A DNA stretch of 51,249 bases, counting the filler, from Dimargaris cristalligena (taxonomy: Eukaryota): the NCBI GenBank assembly GCA_003614675.1. It is 3 parts of 3 records of this genome, joined end to end, with 100 filler letters (N's around TTAATTAATTAA, not from the genome) between each part and the next. Parts side by side here need not be neighbours in the genome. Positions count along the whole stretch, not along the records: positions 17,154 to 34,154 come from ML002823.1; positions 34,255 to 51,249 come from ML002824.1; 1 more part is not named here. One strand, written 5' to 3'. How positions within the stretch are numbered: the first letter of the stretch is position 1; each line of letters starts with the position of its first letter. Positions 28,347-41,657 of the stretch are shown here, piece after piece. Made by a program: the position numbers and the translations under genes. A model generated the notes under the pieces. That model was not told where the DNA came from. It made no database searches and saw nothing but the letters and a program-made list of their open reading frames with translations.

Positions 28347-30691
28347 CTATCCCTTCCCTAGGCCATTGTGACGGGCTTACTGCGGCTGCTCGCGGACGAG
28401 AGGCCCGTCCATAGTGATAATGATATGCGCAGGTGGAACCCCCCGCCCTTGTAGTGTTACGTTTGGTCGAGGTGGACTAGTGTTTAAGGGAGTTGAGTAG
28501 GGCATGGTGTTTTTAAGATATATGTGGCTAACTGGATGGATGGAAGGGTAGGCGTGTTTTATTCAAAAGATGTTCTAATAAAAGTAGTCTTGCGCGGGGG
28601 GGTCCAAGGGCTTGCTTGTCTTGGCCATACCCATCATACCATGTACACTGTATGCGCATGTATTTAGAAAGAAGAACACAGGTAGAAACCACCCCCCTGG
28701 CTTTTCCATCGGGCTGGTCACACGACCCAAGTAGTGATTCCCACAGCGATTCCGGGAGGAACGCGGGTTAATGCGGACTTCAAGAGCACACTTACCCTCT
28801 CTCCTCCTATTGCGCAGTATAGCTTCATGACTGGCTACCCATCATGCTTGAATTCCCATCCGGCTGACCTTGGATATGGAACATAGGTAATCATAGCTCT
28901 TCTTCACTGAAACTGCGTAGGCTATTTTATTTGGAGAGCGGGTTTTCATACTTAGGCACAGTTTCGACGAATGAATAGACTGGTATGGTCTATTATTAGC
29001 AGGACGCTCATGCCCAACAATGGGGTCCTCGTATACCTTAGAGGTGTGTATTGTCTATATTATGGGCTGACTGGCAGGGTCGTTTAGTAGTAGTAGTCAG
29101 ATGATAATGGGGGGGGGATAGATGCTGCAGTGGGAGTATCCTTCGGTCAGGGGTAAGTGTATGTATGTGTGTGTGGCTGTGGGCTCTCTATTCCTATAGG
29201 GCGAGGGGGGGGGCAGTCACATGAGCCGGCTTAGGTGAAAAGGCACAAAGTGTGAGCGATACTCTCACCACACAGTCAATCTCTTTACGTCCCCCAGAAG
29301 CGGTGGCAATACATCAAGGCTAACCTCAAGCCTATAGGAGGTTCATCCTGTAAAGTATGTGCTTTCTTTCGTAAACTCTCTTCGGGCTTTCCTTACCAGC
29401 GCAACCGCCGGAAAGGGCCCATTGCCCAAATAATGATGTGGTTATCCGACCCCTCCGAGGAAAAGGCAATGCCCGAAGAGCAATGCAATAATAATGACCA
29501 GTTAGTTATCAGTCATACTAGACAATAGGGCTGTAAATGGGGCATCATCACGTCGTAACGAAATTCCGAATTATATATCTGAAATTTCGCCTATTCTATT
29601 AATAATAATTCCGTCGCCAGAACTAAGCGCCCTACTCGGCAATCATGGTAATTCCCAGCCCAGCTAGGCTTGAGTGTAATACCAGTTCAGCCGCTAGTGT
29701 GTTATCATCTCCACCCCACGATCAGTAATATTTGTCATGTTCACAACTTGGGGCTGTCCCACTCCAGGTCTGCGCAACTCCATTAACGAGCTCAAGGGTT
29801 GATGCACATTATTGACAAGTACCGGTAGTTTCGGCCGACCCCTTCCCCCCTTCAAGTGTCTCTGGTATTGGCTTTTATTTACAAGTGCTATTCCTCCAAG
29901 AGAATATAAATGTAGAATTGGCCAGCTTAACCCATGACCTCATTTCTATCCCGCGCTCATTGCCATCCCCAGAAAATCTATCCGCTTCTTGAAATATATT
30001 GTTATTCTCACCTTACCCCTTTAAAGGCCCCGTTGCCCTATCCTCTCCTCTATGATTAACCGCCCTAGGTGGCCATAAAATACCCTCTTCAATATGCTCT
30101 CTATAGCACTATACCTACATGAATACAACGATAAGTGTCCAACAAACTCATGTAACTAGTATATATACGAACAAAGTCAGAGATATTATGAAACGGGCTG
30201 TATACGAAAGAGTAGGTAATTTTGGGACCTATGAATGTCATATATAACCATGGTTACATTTTGGGGACGTGTATTACCCATTTGGCACAGCCCGTCAGTG
30301 GCCGGGTGTTATGCGACATGTTGGCTGCGGCGCTTTAACGGCCGACACACACTCCTTTCCATACGAATTCGGGTTGGGGTATCTAGAGGACGTCTAGTCT
30401 AGCCATTAGCTTTGTTTACCAACTACAGACAACACCAATGAAAGGGCCGCAAGGGTTTATAAATGGGGATGGTATATGTGCCCGAGGGGACTTAATGGCG
30501 TGCTGCACCTTTTATCTTACTTTTTCCTCTTAAATTACGAGCGGATCGAAAATCACATTTTCATATTTACAAACCTGCATCTCTGGAACTGCGTTCCCGA
30601 CATATCTCTTTTGTATCCACTTCACCCGGTATGCCCGTAGTGGTCCCGTCGAAGCCCGGTAATTCTCGCCCTTAACCAAGCCCCTCTCGCC

Positions 30692-32607
30692 ATGCTATAT
30701 CGGCACCCCAGCATTGTTGGTCTAGCCACGTTCTACCTCGGCTCAAACCTTCTGGTACTAACTGGCCTACCTATATCCGCAAATGCCTTAAATAATCCGG
30801 CTTGGAGCGAACCCAGCACCAGTAACACCCCGGCTCTGACGGGGTATACTGGGCCGGAGTTGGTGGAAGAGGACTCCGCTAACTCGTCCGCACCGGCCGG
30901 TCAACGGCCCAATATGAACCACCACAGCTCAGCCCCCAGCATTCCCCCTCTAGTGAATCGACTAACGACCCTGCCCACCGAGCTACTGAGCCTGATCATA
31001 AAATATTCTTATAATCGCCGCTCTCGCTCCGAGCTCTTGGGTTCCTCCAAAGTGATCGCTATGCATGCCACCAGTTATATTGAGCGTGGAATCGAGGTAG
31101 GCGTTGGTTCCGGTATTTTTAAGTTATATTGAAATTATCGGTGTTATCTTCTTGCATAGGACTAATGCGGTACCTTATTTATATATAATAACCCAGAACT
31201 TTTTGAAGTGCCTAGGCTAATACGGACTTGCCTTAATTCAGCTGGGAAACATCAGTATTTAACATCATTTGTTAACGGTCTGTATTTGATTTAGAGGGGG
31301 CATCCATATATACAGTACCCCCCGAACTAATCATTCCCCACTTTTTAATCCGATTTCGTCAGCAAACCTACTGGGGCTTGCAATATAACCTCCAAAAATA
31401 CCATAATACCGGCTCATTGTCGCACGGTGAGATTCAAGCAACATTTCACGCTTGGCACCGGCTTCTCTACCACCAAATCGCGGGTAGCCTGCTCAACCTC
31501 TTTGGCAATCAATTCAAAGTACCTATGCGCCTTTTCCAGGACTCCGTCCGTAGCCGACTTAACGTGGTGCGGCTTTCTACAGTTCGTGAGTTGCAGACTC
31601 TTATATTGAATTTCCGGGGAAATTCACTTTTAGCGATGAACGGATGGCAGTTTATTGACCCGGAGAAGCTCTCTCGGGCGACCCTAATCGATGAGTTACC
31701 CCTTTTTGCTCTAGTCGATAGCCAGGGCGATGGACAAGGTGTTTTGGAGGTGTTCAAAACCTTAACGGATCGCTCCCTCTTAAAACTAGCTTCACAGGAT
31801 TGGCCGGTACCCTCTAATTCAAAACTCGATCGAGTGGATTTATTGCGTGAGTGGGTCACTATCTTCCGGGATCCTAGCGCGGATTGGCGCGCCCCCCATG
31901 TCTACAGCCACCTGTACGGCTGTACAGCGGCCATTATGATGTCGCGCTTAGCTACCACGGGCCGAGATAAAGATTTGGTCACCTTCGTAGAGGGACTACA
32001 GGTATACTTAAATGGGCCCTGGCCGGCTCGTTTTTCGATCACGGCGTCGAAGATCCAGCGGTGGGCCCTGATTCTAGCATCCGTGACTCGTCAAGAAGAG
32101 CTGTTATTAAACTTACCCGGTGTTTCGGATGTACGAGATGCAAAACGCCTAACATCCAGTCGCCCGTTGGACGGAAAGTGCGGCTTAGCCTTTGAACTAA
32201 GGGCCCTCGAGCTATTTCATAGTGCCAACTATTTGGAAAACATTCTGAATTGCCCCCCAACCCGATTTAACGTGTTGACCGAGACGGGTAAATTGATTGG
32301 CATTTCCCACATGCTGTTTATTATCGAACAGCTTCGGTTTACTGATGATGGTGGTAGTCTTCGAATGGCAGTGGCTGTCCTCCGACCAGAGTTTGAAGAT
32401 GCCAATTTAACCGGTTCAGCTGATATAAGCCCTTGGCCATACTACAAAAACCTCTGGGGACTTGGTTCGCAATTATCGGATCCTAAGCTATACGACCAGA
32501 TTCAGCGTATCATTGCCGTGGCCTATGGCCAACATGGCGGCGAGCATCGCTTTGTGCAAGCATATGATATTTTGAAAGATTCCCGCGAAGACTTTTCCAA
32601 TCGCTAG
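30692..32607 (+). CDS. Putative secreted protein with an F-box-like motif; exons 30692-31096 and 31363-32607, ~549 aa
   Basis: Hydrophobic N-terminus ending ...LPISANA; LTTLPTELLSLIIKYS; a phase-0 GTAGGC...CAG intron with ACTAAT branch site joins the two ORFs; upstream TATAAAT near 30458. Confidence 0.7.
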
Positions 32608-34154
32608 ACTGATTTCTGGGAAAACAAGGCCGGTCAAGCGCATGCTTACACCAATGTGCTTAGCTAGATAACTCTGCGCATAGTATTCCAGCACCAGAAT
32701 CATTCGAACCTGACGTGGATATGTAATTCACAAAGTCCTACAGTCCCATTTTGCCCTTATCACCTATTTTGACCGTTTATCTCAGTCGGTGTTTGCGACT
32801 AGAATTCCTCCATAGTCAGTATTCTCATTTTCTTGTGATCATTTGTGATATTACTTTTACCTATTCGGTTTAAAAGATTGGGGTTACCGCTTCAATATAT
32901 TTCCCCCCGTTTTTCACAAAGCTGAGCAATTGTTTACCTATGTTATATCAAGCTCATTCCGTTCGTAGTCTCATATTCACGTGTGGCTCAATTTTTTTTA
33001 TATGTTGAAATATAAAGACGAAGCAAAAAAACTGGTAAGTAAAGGAGGAAAGCTGCTAGAGGATGGTGGATGCTTCTAGGTAGTTATTTTTATCGAATAC
33101 TATAGTCAATATAGGGCATTGTGGGGGGTTAAAAAAAGGATAAAAAATAACTAAATAAACCAGCATAATTGGACTGAAACATGATATAATAGTCTACCTG
33201 TCTTGATATATTTTTCAATAAGTGTACCAGAACTGAAATGGTGAGTATGGATATCCACGGTAGGTAGGGGGAATGGATTACCCAATAGCTAAATGTACTT
33301 TGTGACCTAAACTAGCATTTGGTTTAAAACTAACCATAAAGCCCCCCAAAATGATAATTTTACAATCTACCATTCGTGTTTCTTGCACCCTATTCGTCCA
33401 GCTGTTCCCTCTTATTTTCACCCTCCCCATCCTAGTCAAATCTTGCCTATACGCCCCCCCTGCACTTCCCATCCTTTGTTCAATACCCCAGGTGCGTCGT
33501 CGATCACTAAATGCCTTTAGATACGAGCTTGACCAGCCCAACGTATAAAAAGTCCTTTTAATAAACCGAATCCCGCTTCTGTGGCTTAAAACAGGTGCGT
33601 GACTACACAAATAGGCCAAGGATCAGGTCTCTGGAAAGCACCATTGTCGCTACTGAGAGATAAAAACTGAATGTTGGTAGGTAACAGAAACGGCCTAGCA
33701 AAACGTCCGTGCTATTCGTTAAATTCTTAACCGGATACTATGCCATTCTCCCCAGTTTAAAGCTAGAGTGTCAATATGGCGTGGAATCCAATCATTTTAC
33801 CGTAAGGTTTTTGTGAGCGTTAGTGAATGTGAACTACCTTGCTCTAAAAATACCTAGGGTGTGTTAACAGACGATATTGAAAGACACTGACCCACCATAT
33901 AGACGCAGTCATATGGGCATCCAAATTGGAGAAGGGAGAAGGGGGATTAGGGCGTCCATTGCGGATAAACAAGTAGGTTAATCTTTCCATTATGACCGGA
34001 ATGACTTACCTGTTCCCGAACCATGGTAGTGTGAAATGAACAATTCAATTGAACATATCTCATTAACTCAATGATTGTACACATTACATTGTATGGGTAT
34101 TTCAGCCCACCCCCTACGCTATGCGGCTTCCGCCTTGGACAGAGAGTGGAATGA

Positions 34155-34254
34155 NNNNNNNNNNNNNNNNNNNNNNNNNNNNNNNNNNNNNNNNNNNNTT
34201 AATTAATTAANNNNNNNNNNNNNNNNNNNNNNNNNNNNNNNNNNNNNNNNNNNN
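34155..34254. other. Artificial contig spacer (44 N + TTAATTAATTAA + 44 N)
   Basis: Same 100-nt structure as 17054-17153. Confidence 0.97.
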
Positions 34255-35354
34255 GTGCTCAAAGTTGTCCCGCACAAACTCCAGCGAGTTGAGCAGGGCG
34301 CTGATGGCGGCCAGACGAACCTCCTGACTGGGTTCCTCCTTGCGGGCGCCCTGCACCACGGCAGTCAGAATCTCATTGGCCTGGGTAGCCAGGATTTCGG
34401 GGGCGATGCTCTCGCAGATAAAGCCAATGGTCTGAAGCGAAGATTGCTTAAGGTTGGTATTGTCGGTTTCCATGAAAGAGAGAAGCACTTTAACCAGGTC
34501 CGTCCATTCATTCTGCGGCAGCTCAATGGCGGCGATGGCGGTCGTGACCTGGGCAGCGGCGGTACCGGCCCGATGGTCGGCAGAGCCTAGGGTCTGTAGC
34601 GTAGCCTGCTTAACCTGCAGCTTAGTATTGACATCGATGCTCATCCACTTTTGAGCCAGCTCCTCCTGTCGGGCGGAGTCCTTGGCCGTCATGGTATTCT
34701 TGAGGGCCAGACCGGCGGCAGTCCGCACATGGGATGGGTTCTGCTCATTGACCAGTTCTTGGACTAGCGCCACGGTATAGCCAGACTGGATAACGTAAAG
34801 CCAATTCCCGTGAGATTGGGTTAACGTAGGGCGAGTTGTCGACAAAGGGACACGGAGAAGGGGGAGTACACCAAATTGGGTATTGTCAGGGATAGAGTTA
34901 GCATTTGGCAACGTAAAAGGCTCCAACGGGGCAATACAGATGGGAGATATATATAATAGTAGGGCCGGGATATAGGCAGTTACGTAATAGGCCACTTACG
35001 AAGTTCTCGGCGGCAGCGTTCTCGAGTTTGGAAGTCGCATCCTGCCGGATTTGCGAGTCTGGGGAGGGGTACAGGGGGAGTTTGGGTAGTGGCCCGGTCA
35101 AAAAAGATATAGTCAAAATAGGTTAGTCCTAGCAAAAAACGGGGCGGTTACAGTAAGTTTGAAAGAGGAAGGATAATATACGGCATTGACTATAGGCACT
35201 AGGAATGAAAGAGAGAAAGTGTGTGTATGCGAGGGTGAAAACCACTGATAAAAACACAGGGCCAAGAAGCCCACAGTGGCATATTAGCCGCAGTATTTCG
35301 AGGGAAAGACTAACCTGCTGAAAGAGTATTGGCGAGGATCTCGGCCACGTTCAT
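34255..35354 (-). CDS. KAP95: Importin beta-1 (karyopherin beta), 5' part; exons 35354-35315, 35058-35000, 34785-<34255, truncated by contig edge
   Basis: MNVAEILANTLSADSQIRQDATSKLE...VRTAAGLALKN...IAAIELPQNEW...SLQTIGFICE...NEILTAVVQGARKEEPS.EVRLAA..AL.NSLEFV..NF; intron phases match. Confidence 0.95.
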
Positions 35355-36958
35355 GGTAAAATACGATATTCAAGGGGGGGTTGAAATAAAGGACAGGTTT
35401 TGAAGCTGGAAATGGGACAGGGCGGAGTGTCAAACGGATTATGGGGAAACTGCGAGGGAAGCGGCGGAGTAACAGGGTTTATATCAGCCGAGCGAAGCAG
35501 ATCCGGCCAAGAGGGAAAGGCAACCAAGGAAGAAAGGTAAAGAAAGAAGGCAAGAATATAGAAAAGGAAAAGGGAGACAAAAGGAAGAGGCGGATTAGAT
35601 TCCAGATGTATACTTTTGAAGGTGCCTGTGTCTGTGTTTGTGCGTATATGCTTGTATGCGGTAGTTGAAAGAACTCTCTCTCCCACTACTAACTACCACC
35701 AGGTGCGCATAGAACGAAGGAGGGAGAGAGAAGTGGAGGTGGGGAAAAGGGAGTGAAAAAACAGACGGCAGGGTGGTGGGGCCGAAAATGAGTGGCAAGG
35801 ACTAATAAAAGTTCCGCCAACGAGGTGATGGCCGTTACAACTTGCATAGTATAGTCTCCCTACCCTCTATGCATTGCAAACAGGGAGAGAGAATGGACCC
35901 AGCGCAACGGGGGCCCTGTATCACCTATTATTTGGTAGCCACAACCCAACTCTACTCCGTCCGTAGTTAGCGAACGGCAGTCAGCTGGCAAAAGACCCCA
36001 CCGTCACCGTAACAGAAGGTAGGTCACCTTCGGGGAGACGAAAGAGGAGAAGGTGGGGGGTAACAAGACCGCTCTCGCTCGAGTCGAAGAATGTCGGGGA
36101 TTTCTAGCGGGTATATTATTCCCCTGAGATGAGAGCGCTATGGAGCGAACCCCTTTCCACCACCGGAGTAGCCTTCAGGGGAGATAACATGGAAACCACA
36201 CCCCTCCCCTCCCGTTAAAGCCTCGCAAACCACTCACTAGTATTACCCACTCCTTCAAGAAAAAAACACTAAAGGGTACATCGATACTGGTATATAATGA
36301 GGACCTAAAACTAAAAGGCGGGGACAGACTTACTTAGGAAAGTCGCAAAACCGGGAGTGGAAACCACCAACGGACTGAGGGATAAATGGGGGCGTGCTGG
36401 ACGGGGTTTGAATTCGAAACTAAAGTATAATAATAACAGCAGGGACTAGGACTAGGGGGGTTCGGGACGACCAGTCGACGACAAGCCCTACATAAAAACA
36501 AAAGCGCCGGGGGAAAGGGGGTAGTAAGTAGTAGCTACTGAAGCAGTGAGGGAGGGGAGTATAGTTGCTATATGGGAGAGTCGGTCCCAAAAAGCAACAA
36601 CCACCCTGAACGACGAAAATAGGAGGATATCAATCAGGGCCAGCGAAGGGAATAGGGCAGCTACTTACTTCCGTACCAACTGGACCAATCGAGAAGGGAG
36701 AAATGAGTGAACGTTTATCCCAATCCCATGGGTAACTAACCAACTATTCTACTAGCTACATACTCCACGGAAACCCCCCTCCCTCTGCATTACCAGAAGA
36801 TTCTTTGCTCGAGCAGGTGGGGGCGAAACTTGCCGTGTGTCCAAGCCCAGTTGCGCGGGGTTCCATCGGCTGACTATCCCCGCTATTCATGCGCCCCTTC
36901 CTATTTCCAACTTTATGGATCCCAACAGCCCCCTCATACCAGGTGACACGTTCTTGTT

Positions 36959-36983
36959 ATATATATATATATATATATATATA
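36959..36983. repeat. (AT)n microsatellite
   Basis: Perfect AT run; a short (AAC)n run also lies near 37227-37248. Confidence 0.85.
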
Positions 36984-38199
36984 ACCCCCTTCCTGTTCAC
37001 CTTATCATCAACAGCGACCCGGCACCATTCATAGTGCTGCGTGGCTTAGTATGGCCGAGCTGACTGGGTTAGCTGCAGCACCCAGCGTCAACATTTATAG
37101 CAGCGAATGCAGCCCAGGCATAAATCAGTAGTAACAGGGGGGGGAGATTTGGGTGCTAGTTGATTGAGGGGTATCAATCTATATGAATGGCGAAAGAAGC
37201 GCATATGAGCTATTCCTATAAAAGAAAACAACAACAACAACAACAACAGCAACTAAACGCTACAATTTATTAGTTGGCAACCCAGTGGCTGAGCGAGCGA
37301 GAGAGAGAGAGAGTAGCAACCATGATCTTCACCACTGAAAATATACTTTAGAATAGCGAGGTTTCAGTGGTATTTTGGCGTACGGGTGGCCGCAAGGTGG
37401 ATGCTTCAGTAAAACCCAACTGGAAATACCGTTCTCTGATGACGATCAGAGGAATGAAAGTCTATTCCATCATTCTAGAACCTTAACCCTTTGGATAGTG
37501 GTGGATGATGCCAGTTCCATGTTGAATACCGCACCAGGAATCCTAGCGACCTAAATTAAGGCATCTACTAACTAGACCCCTTGGTCGGAACATCCAATAC
37601 CTTTATGAAGCTTGAATTCCAAACCTCGGGCCAGTTAAGCCCCGGCTTCCATCATTCAATATTCGGACCTTCCAGCGAAGTCATCAAAAGCCCCAGAGCA
37701 TTCTTCCTCCGATTGAGAGGCTGGCCCAGACGGGGGGTCTGGCAATGGTCCCTACTGCCCCAATACCAATTACTCGGCCCACTCTAGCAGACGGATTGAA
37801 GCACGACGAACCCCTCTTCTATGCGCGCCAACTAATTATTCGCCTATTTTTGGTAATTTATTTATTATTTCTATTAAAGAGTCTCCCGAACGTTTGGCCG
37901 TAAAAACACCTCAAATGATAATCATCGCGGCATCTACCAAGGGCCTAGTTGGGAGGGTAAATATCCAACAGAGGGGTAGCTCTGATTCAAATTGGAATAT
38001 ACACATACTGTGCATCATATCGGCTTCCCAAGTGCCGCACTACTAACCGGCAGCGAGAAATAAATAGCGGTAATCGGGTATCAATACTACCAACGAACCT
38101 TAATCCCAATTACAAAAAGTGTAGTACAGGGACGGTGGGTTAGATAGAGGAGGATGGGTGAAGGTCGCAAATAGCCGGATTATTAGACAACGGCGGCTA

Positions 38200-41100
38200 T
38201 TACTGCTGTAATTCATGGAATGCATTTTCAATACATTGCTTAATATCGCGGTAGCTCACAATCAGGCACGACTGCTCATCCCGAGAGGTTAACATCACCC
38301 GTTCCGATACCCCGGCGTCCAACTTATTAAGGCACGTCAGCACATGGGCCATGTCCACCACTGGCCGGCCGTGTTCGTCGACTTGATGAAACACGAAATC
38401 GCGGAAGAGTTTAATCAGGTACCGGTCGCCGGTTTCCGACCAGTCGGCTTCTCGGTTGAACTCGGGCCGTTCGTTGATAAACCCGAATTTAGTCAGAAGG
38501 CGCACCAGTCGGGCATTCTCCAGTTCACGGCTCAGCTCGGCTTGGAGAAGGTCATTCTGGCGTTGTTGGGCGTTGAGCTCGTCGAAGATGCGCGGCCCAA
38601 CAATCCGCAGTAGGTCTTCCACATTCCGACCGGGCCCTAGACGGCCCAGGAGGTACATGATGACCTGTTTGAAACTGGCCGAGTAGGTGCGTTGAATGAA
38701 GGCCAGTGCCTCTTTGGTGTGGGTTAATGCGTGAAGATTACCGCACGCCAGGATAATCAAGATCCGGCCGATGCAGGACAGGTCTTCCCTCTGGAATTGC
38801 GTGACGTTGCCTGGCATATCGTAGGTGACCAAATCCAGGATACCGGCCCGGTCGAGACTTAGGCGGTGCTTATCAATCATGAGAATATGCTCCAGCGTGA
38901 TGGTCCGAAAAGCCAGGCCCATCGCGTGGACCGTCGACAAAGCCGACGCTAGCTGGATAACGTAGCTCCACAGAGTAGCCTCGGGAATAGACTGGTTATG
39001 CTGAACCGGCCCAACCGCACCCGAAGGGGCCATCCCGCCTAGCGGACTAGTGCTATGCGATGGTGAGGCGTAAGTCGGTTTAGGCGACATGGGTGGTCCA
39101 CTATTCACAGGCGCGAAAAGGGGGACCCCCCCGATGGTGGAACTCTGCCCAAAGTAAAAGTCCCTCATGGTGACAGCCAGGGGATAGTAATCGTAGACTA
39201 GGACCAGAGAGTTGTCGTCAAACACCGTGGTGGTAAACGCCTCGTAGAGCGACGCGATGTTAGGGTGTTGGATTTTCCGCCAGGTTTCAACCACCGACAT
39301 AGCATCTTCATTCATTAGGCGGAACCCTTCAATGCGGCGTAAAGCGTAGATTAGACCATCACGGCTGGACTGGGCCTTATAAACAACTGTCACGTATCCG
39401 ATCGCGCCCCGGGTACCTCGATCGGTATCCTCCAGCGGCATCAGAGAATGGTACTGATTGACCTCATTGGGAATACTGGGGTCAGTCGCTAGTATTGTCG
39501 TCATCGAGTGTGAATCAATATATATAAATATATATATGGGGGGAAACCAAATAAGACAGTAAATATACGAATTGCTGGTGTAGGAAGCAAACTAAGAATG
39601 CTGCAGCGTGTAATCTATTATGAATAGCTCCGCATGTTGCGGTGGATGCACAGACCAGCGTGGTGGAATCTCACTACTCTCGGCGATGGGCAGCCAACTT
39701 ACATGTATAATTCAGACGGGCAAAATTCTTTTCCGTCAATTCGTGCCTCAGGGTATCTGAGATGAAAAAATGGCCAATGTGTTTCTGCTGTGGGGGTAAA
39801 TTCGCAACATTGGACGGAGGGCCGCTATACATATGGTACTGCAGGGGCTCATGGGGGAGGCGGGCCATTTGGATCATGTGCTGACCTGCGCTCACCGGGG
39901 TGCGGGCGTAGGTGTAGGCATGGGAATCGGGGCCGTGAAATGGCGGGGCAGTGGGGTGACCCGCGTCTTCGTATCCCAAGTCGTCACCAGGGATCACGTC
40001 ATCGGGGTGTTGCGAGGGGTCCTGATTGAGAGAGAGGCAATATAGAATATGGCCCAGAAGTTAGGGTTAGTTTTGGCGAGCAGGTAGGGGGCGAAGTGAG
40101 GAGCCGACATTCGCTATTCGAGAGTGGATAGCGACTGCACCATTAGGCGTGTATCATTGGCTAAACTCATGAACTGCAAAGTACCTGCAACCATATACTA
40201 TGCCAAACTGCACAGCATCACTTACCACCTCATCCACGTTCATGGCCGAAAATTGGTCATTGATTTGATGCGGGGTATGGCTATTGTTGGGGGAGAACAC
40301 ATCTCCTCTAAAGGTATTAATAGAACGGGGTACCAATAACAATGGTATGTAGCCATTAGGCAAAGTAGTGATGATGGACAAGGGCATCCCACAGCGGAAG
40401 ATATCGGCAGGTACGGTGGGTGGCCATTAAGACGCAGTGCTACATGAAGTAAACTTACGACAGGCCGGATGCTGGTCGGTTATCTGGTTTAATAAGTGCA
40501 TGTACATTGTAAAACAGGGTAGTATCGGCGAATGTTCAGTGCGTGCGGACCATACAAGCAAGTCATTCACAATTAGAGTTATAGGGACATGGTAACTATG
40601 GGGAGGCCGGTGGATATCTAGTATTTTACCTAAGTGAAAAGCCGGGGTGGTGGCATGCTGCTCAGAGAAAGGCGCTTTCTTGTATTTGCGCGGCGTGAAC
40701 ACGGGACTACTAGGGTCGGGCAATTTACCCTTTCTGATATCCGACAAGAAAATGGTAGAAGGGGGGAGGAAAATATGTACCCAACTAGGTTAGGAAAAGC
40801 ATTTAAAACAGTAGGCTTAACGGACAAAGGAAAATGGAGAGATATATGCCGGATTACCACAGCTGGACTTACCGTTCCGGACTTTTCGAGAGCAAGGGGT
40901 CGCTGGGTTTCTCGGGCTGACATGACGGATGCAGTTACGGGAAATAGATAAGGTTGCGATGACATAATATTGGAATGAAAAGTTAGCAATGGGAGCAAAG
41001 CTAGTTAAGGCGGGGGAATATATCGGGGTACTGGACCCTGCGGTATATCCGAACCATCGGTAGTAGTGAGTCGTGGGGATTATCCAAGTACCACTATTAT

Positions 41101-41657
41101 ATTGCTTTACAAAGATAAGGGAAACCCCGGACACAGCGCGTATGCAGCCCAGCGGGTTTCAAAAAGCAATAAAGGTAGGAGGGGTGTGGGCCCTCTGGGT
41201 ACGAAGCGTGGTAGGTAAAGGGAACCGCTTAGACGGGGGAAATTACCTCATGGCTGAAGACACAACCCTTGCCTTCGAATTTGCAGCAGCCGAAGATGAT
41301 GACATTCCGGCAGAGACGCGGCTTGGCATTAGGGTCAGGCGTGGCCGCCGCACCGGCTGCTATCCCGTTGGGGACAAATGGGGGCTTGTGGGGCGACAGC
41401 ACAAACGGGGTCACGGACGAACCTTTGGCCGCGGGGGTAGTGGAGGGTGACGCGGTTCGGCCAGCCAAGGGGGTACTGCCGTTACTTTCCTTGGCACTCT
41501 GGAAGGCGGCTGATAGGTTCTGCTGGGCCGGGCCACTACTACTGGCGGCGTTGGATGAATCGGGGCGAGCTATCCGAACCGGAGTGATGGAATGTCGAAA
41601 GCGGAAGAGTTGGGGCTGGGCCGGAGGAGGAGGAGGCTGGCTGTTAAAGGGCGACAT
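38200..41657 (-). CDS. PAN3: PAN2-PAN3 deadenylase subunit PAN3; 7 exons (41657-41247, 40916-40873, 40733-40630, 40483-40459, 40307-40226, 40021-39703, 39488-38200), ~757 aa
   Basis: CCCH finger CRNVIIFGCCKFEGKGCVFSH; pseudokinase YHSL.PLE...VYKA....DG..YALRRI; coiled coil LSRELENARLVRLL.K; knob WSETGDRYLIKLFRDFVFHQVD, LNKLDAG; all phases consistent. Confidence 0.95.

Noticed and set aside
31197-31277. Possible internal exon in the F-box-like gene
   Set aside because: Splice phases are incompatible with the downstream acceptor or give stops; a single intron 31097-31362 is in frame.
37434-37451. Hairpin CTCTGAT-gacg-ATCAGAG containing a C-box-like TGATGA
   Set aside because: Only a 7-bp stem; no convincing D box or guide sequence identified.
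38200-39488. Kinase domain lacking catalytic motifs as a novelty
   Set aside because: Pan3 is an established pseudokinase.
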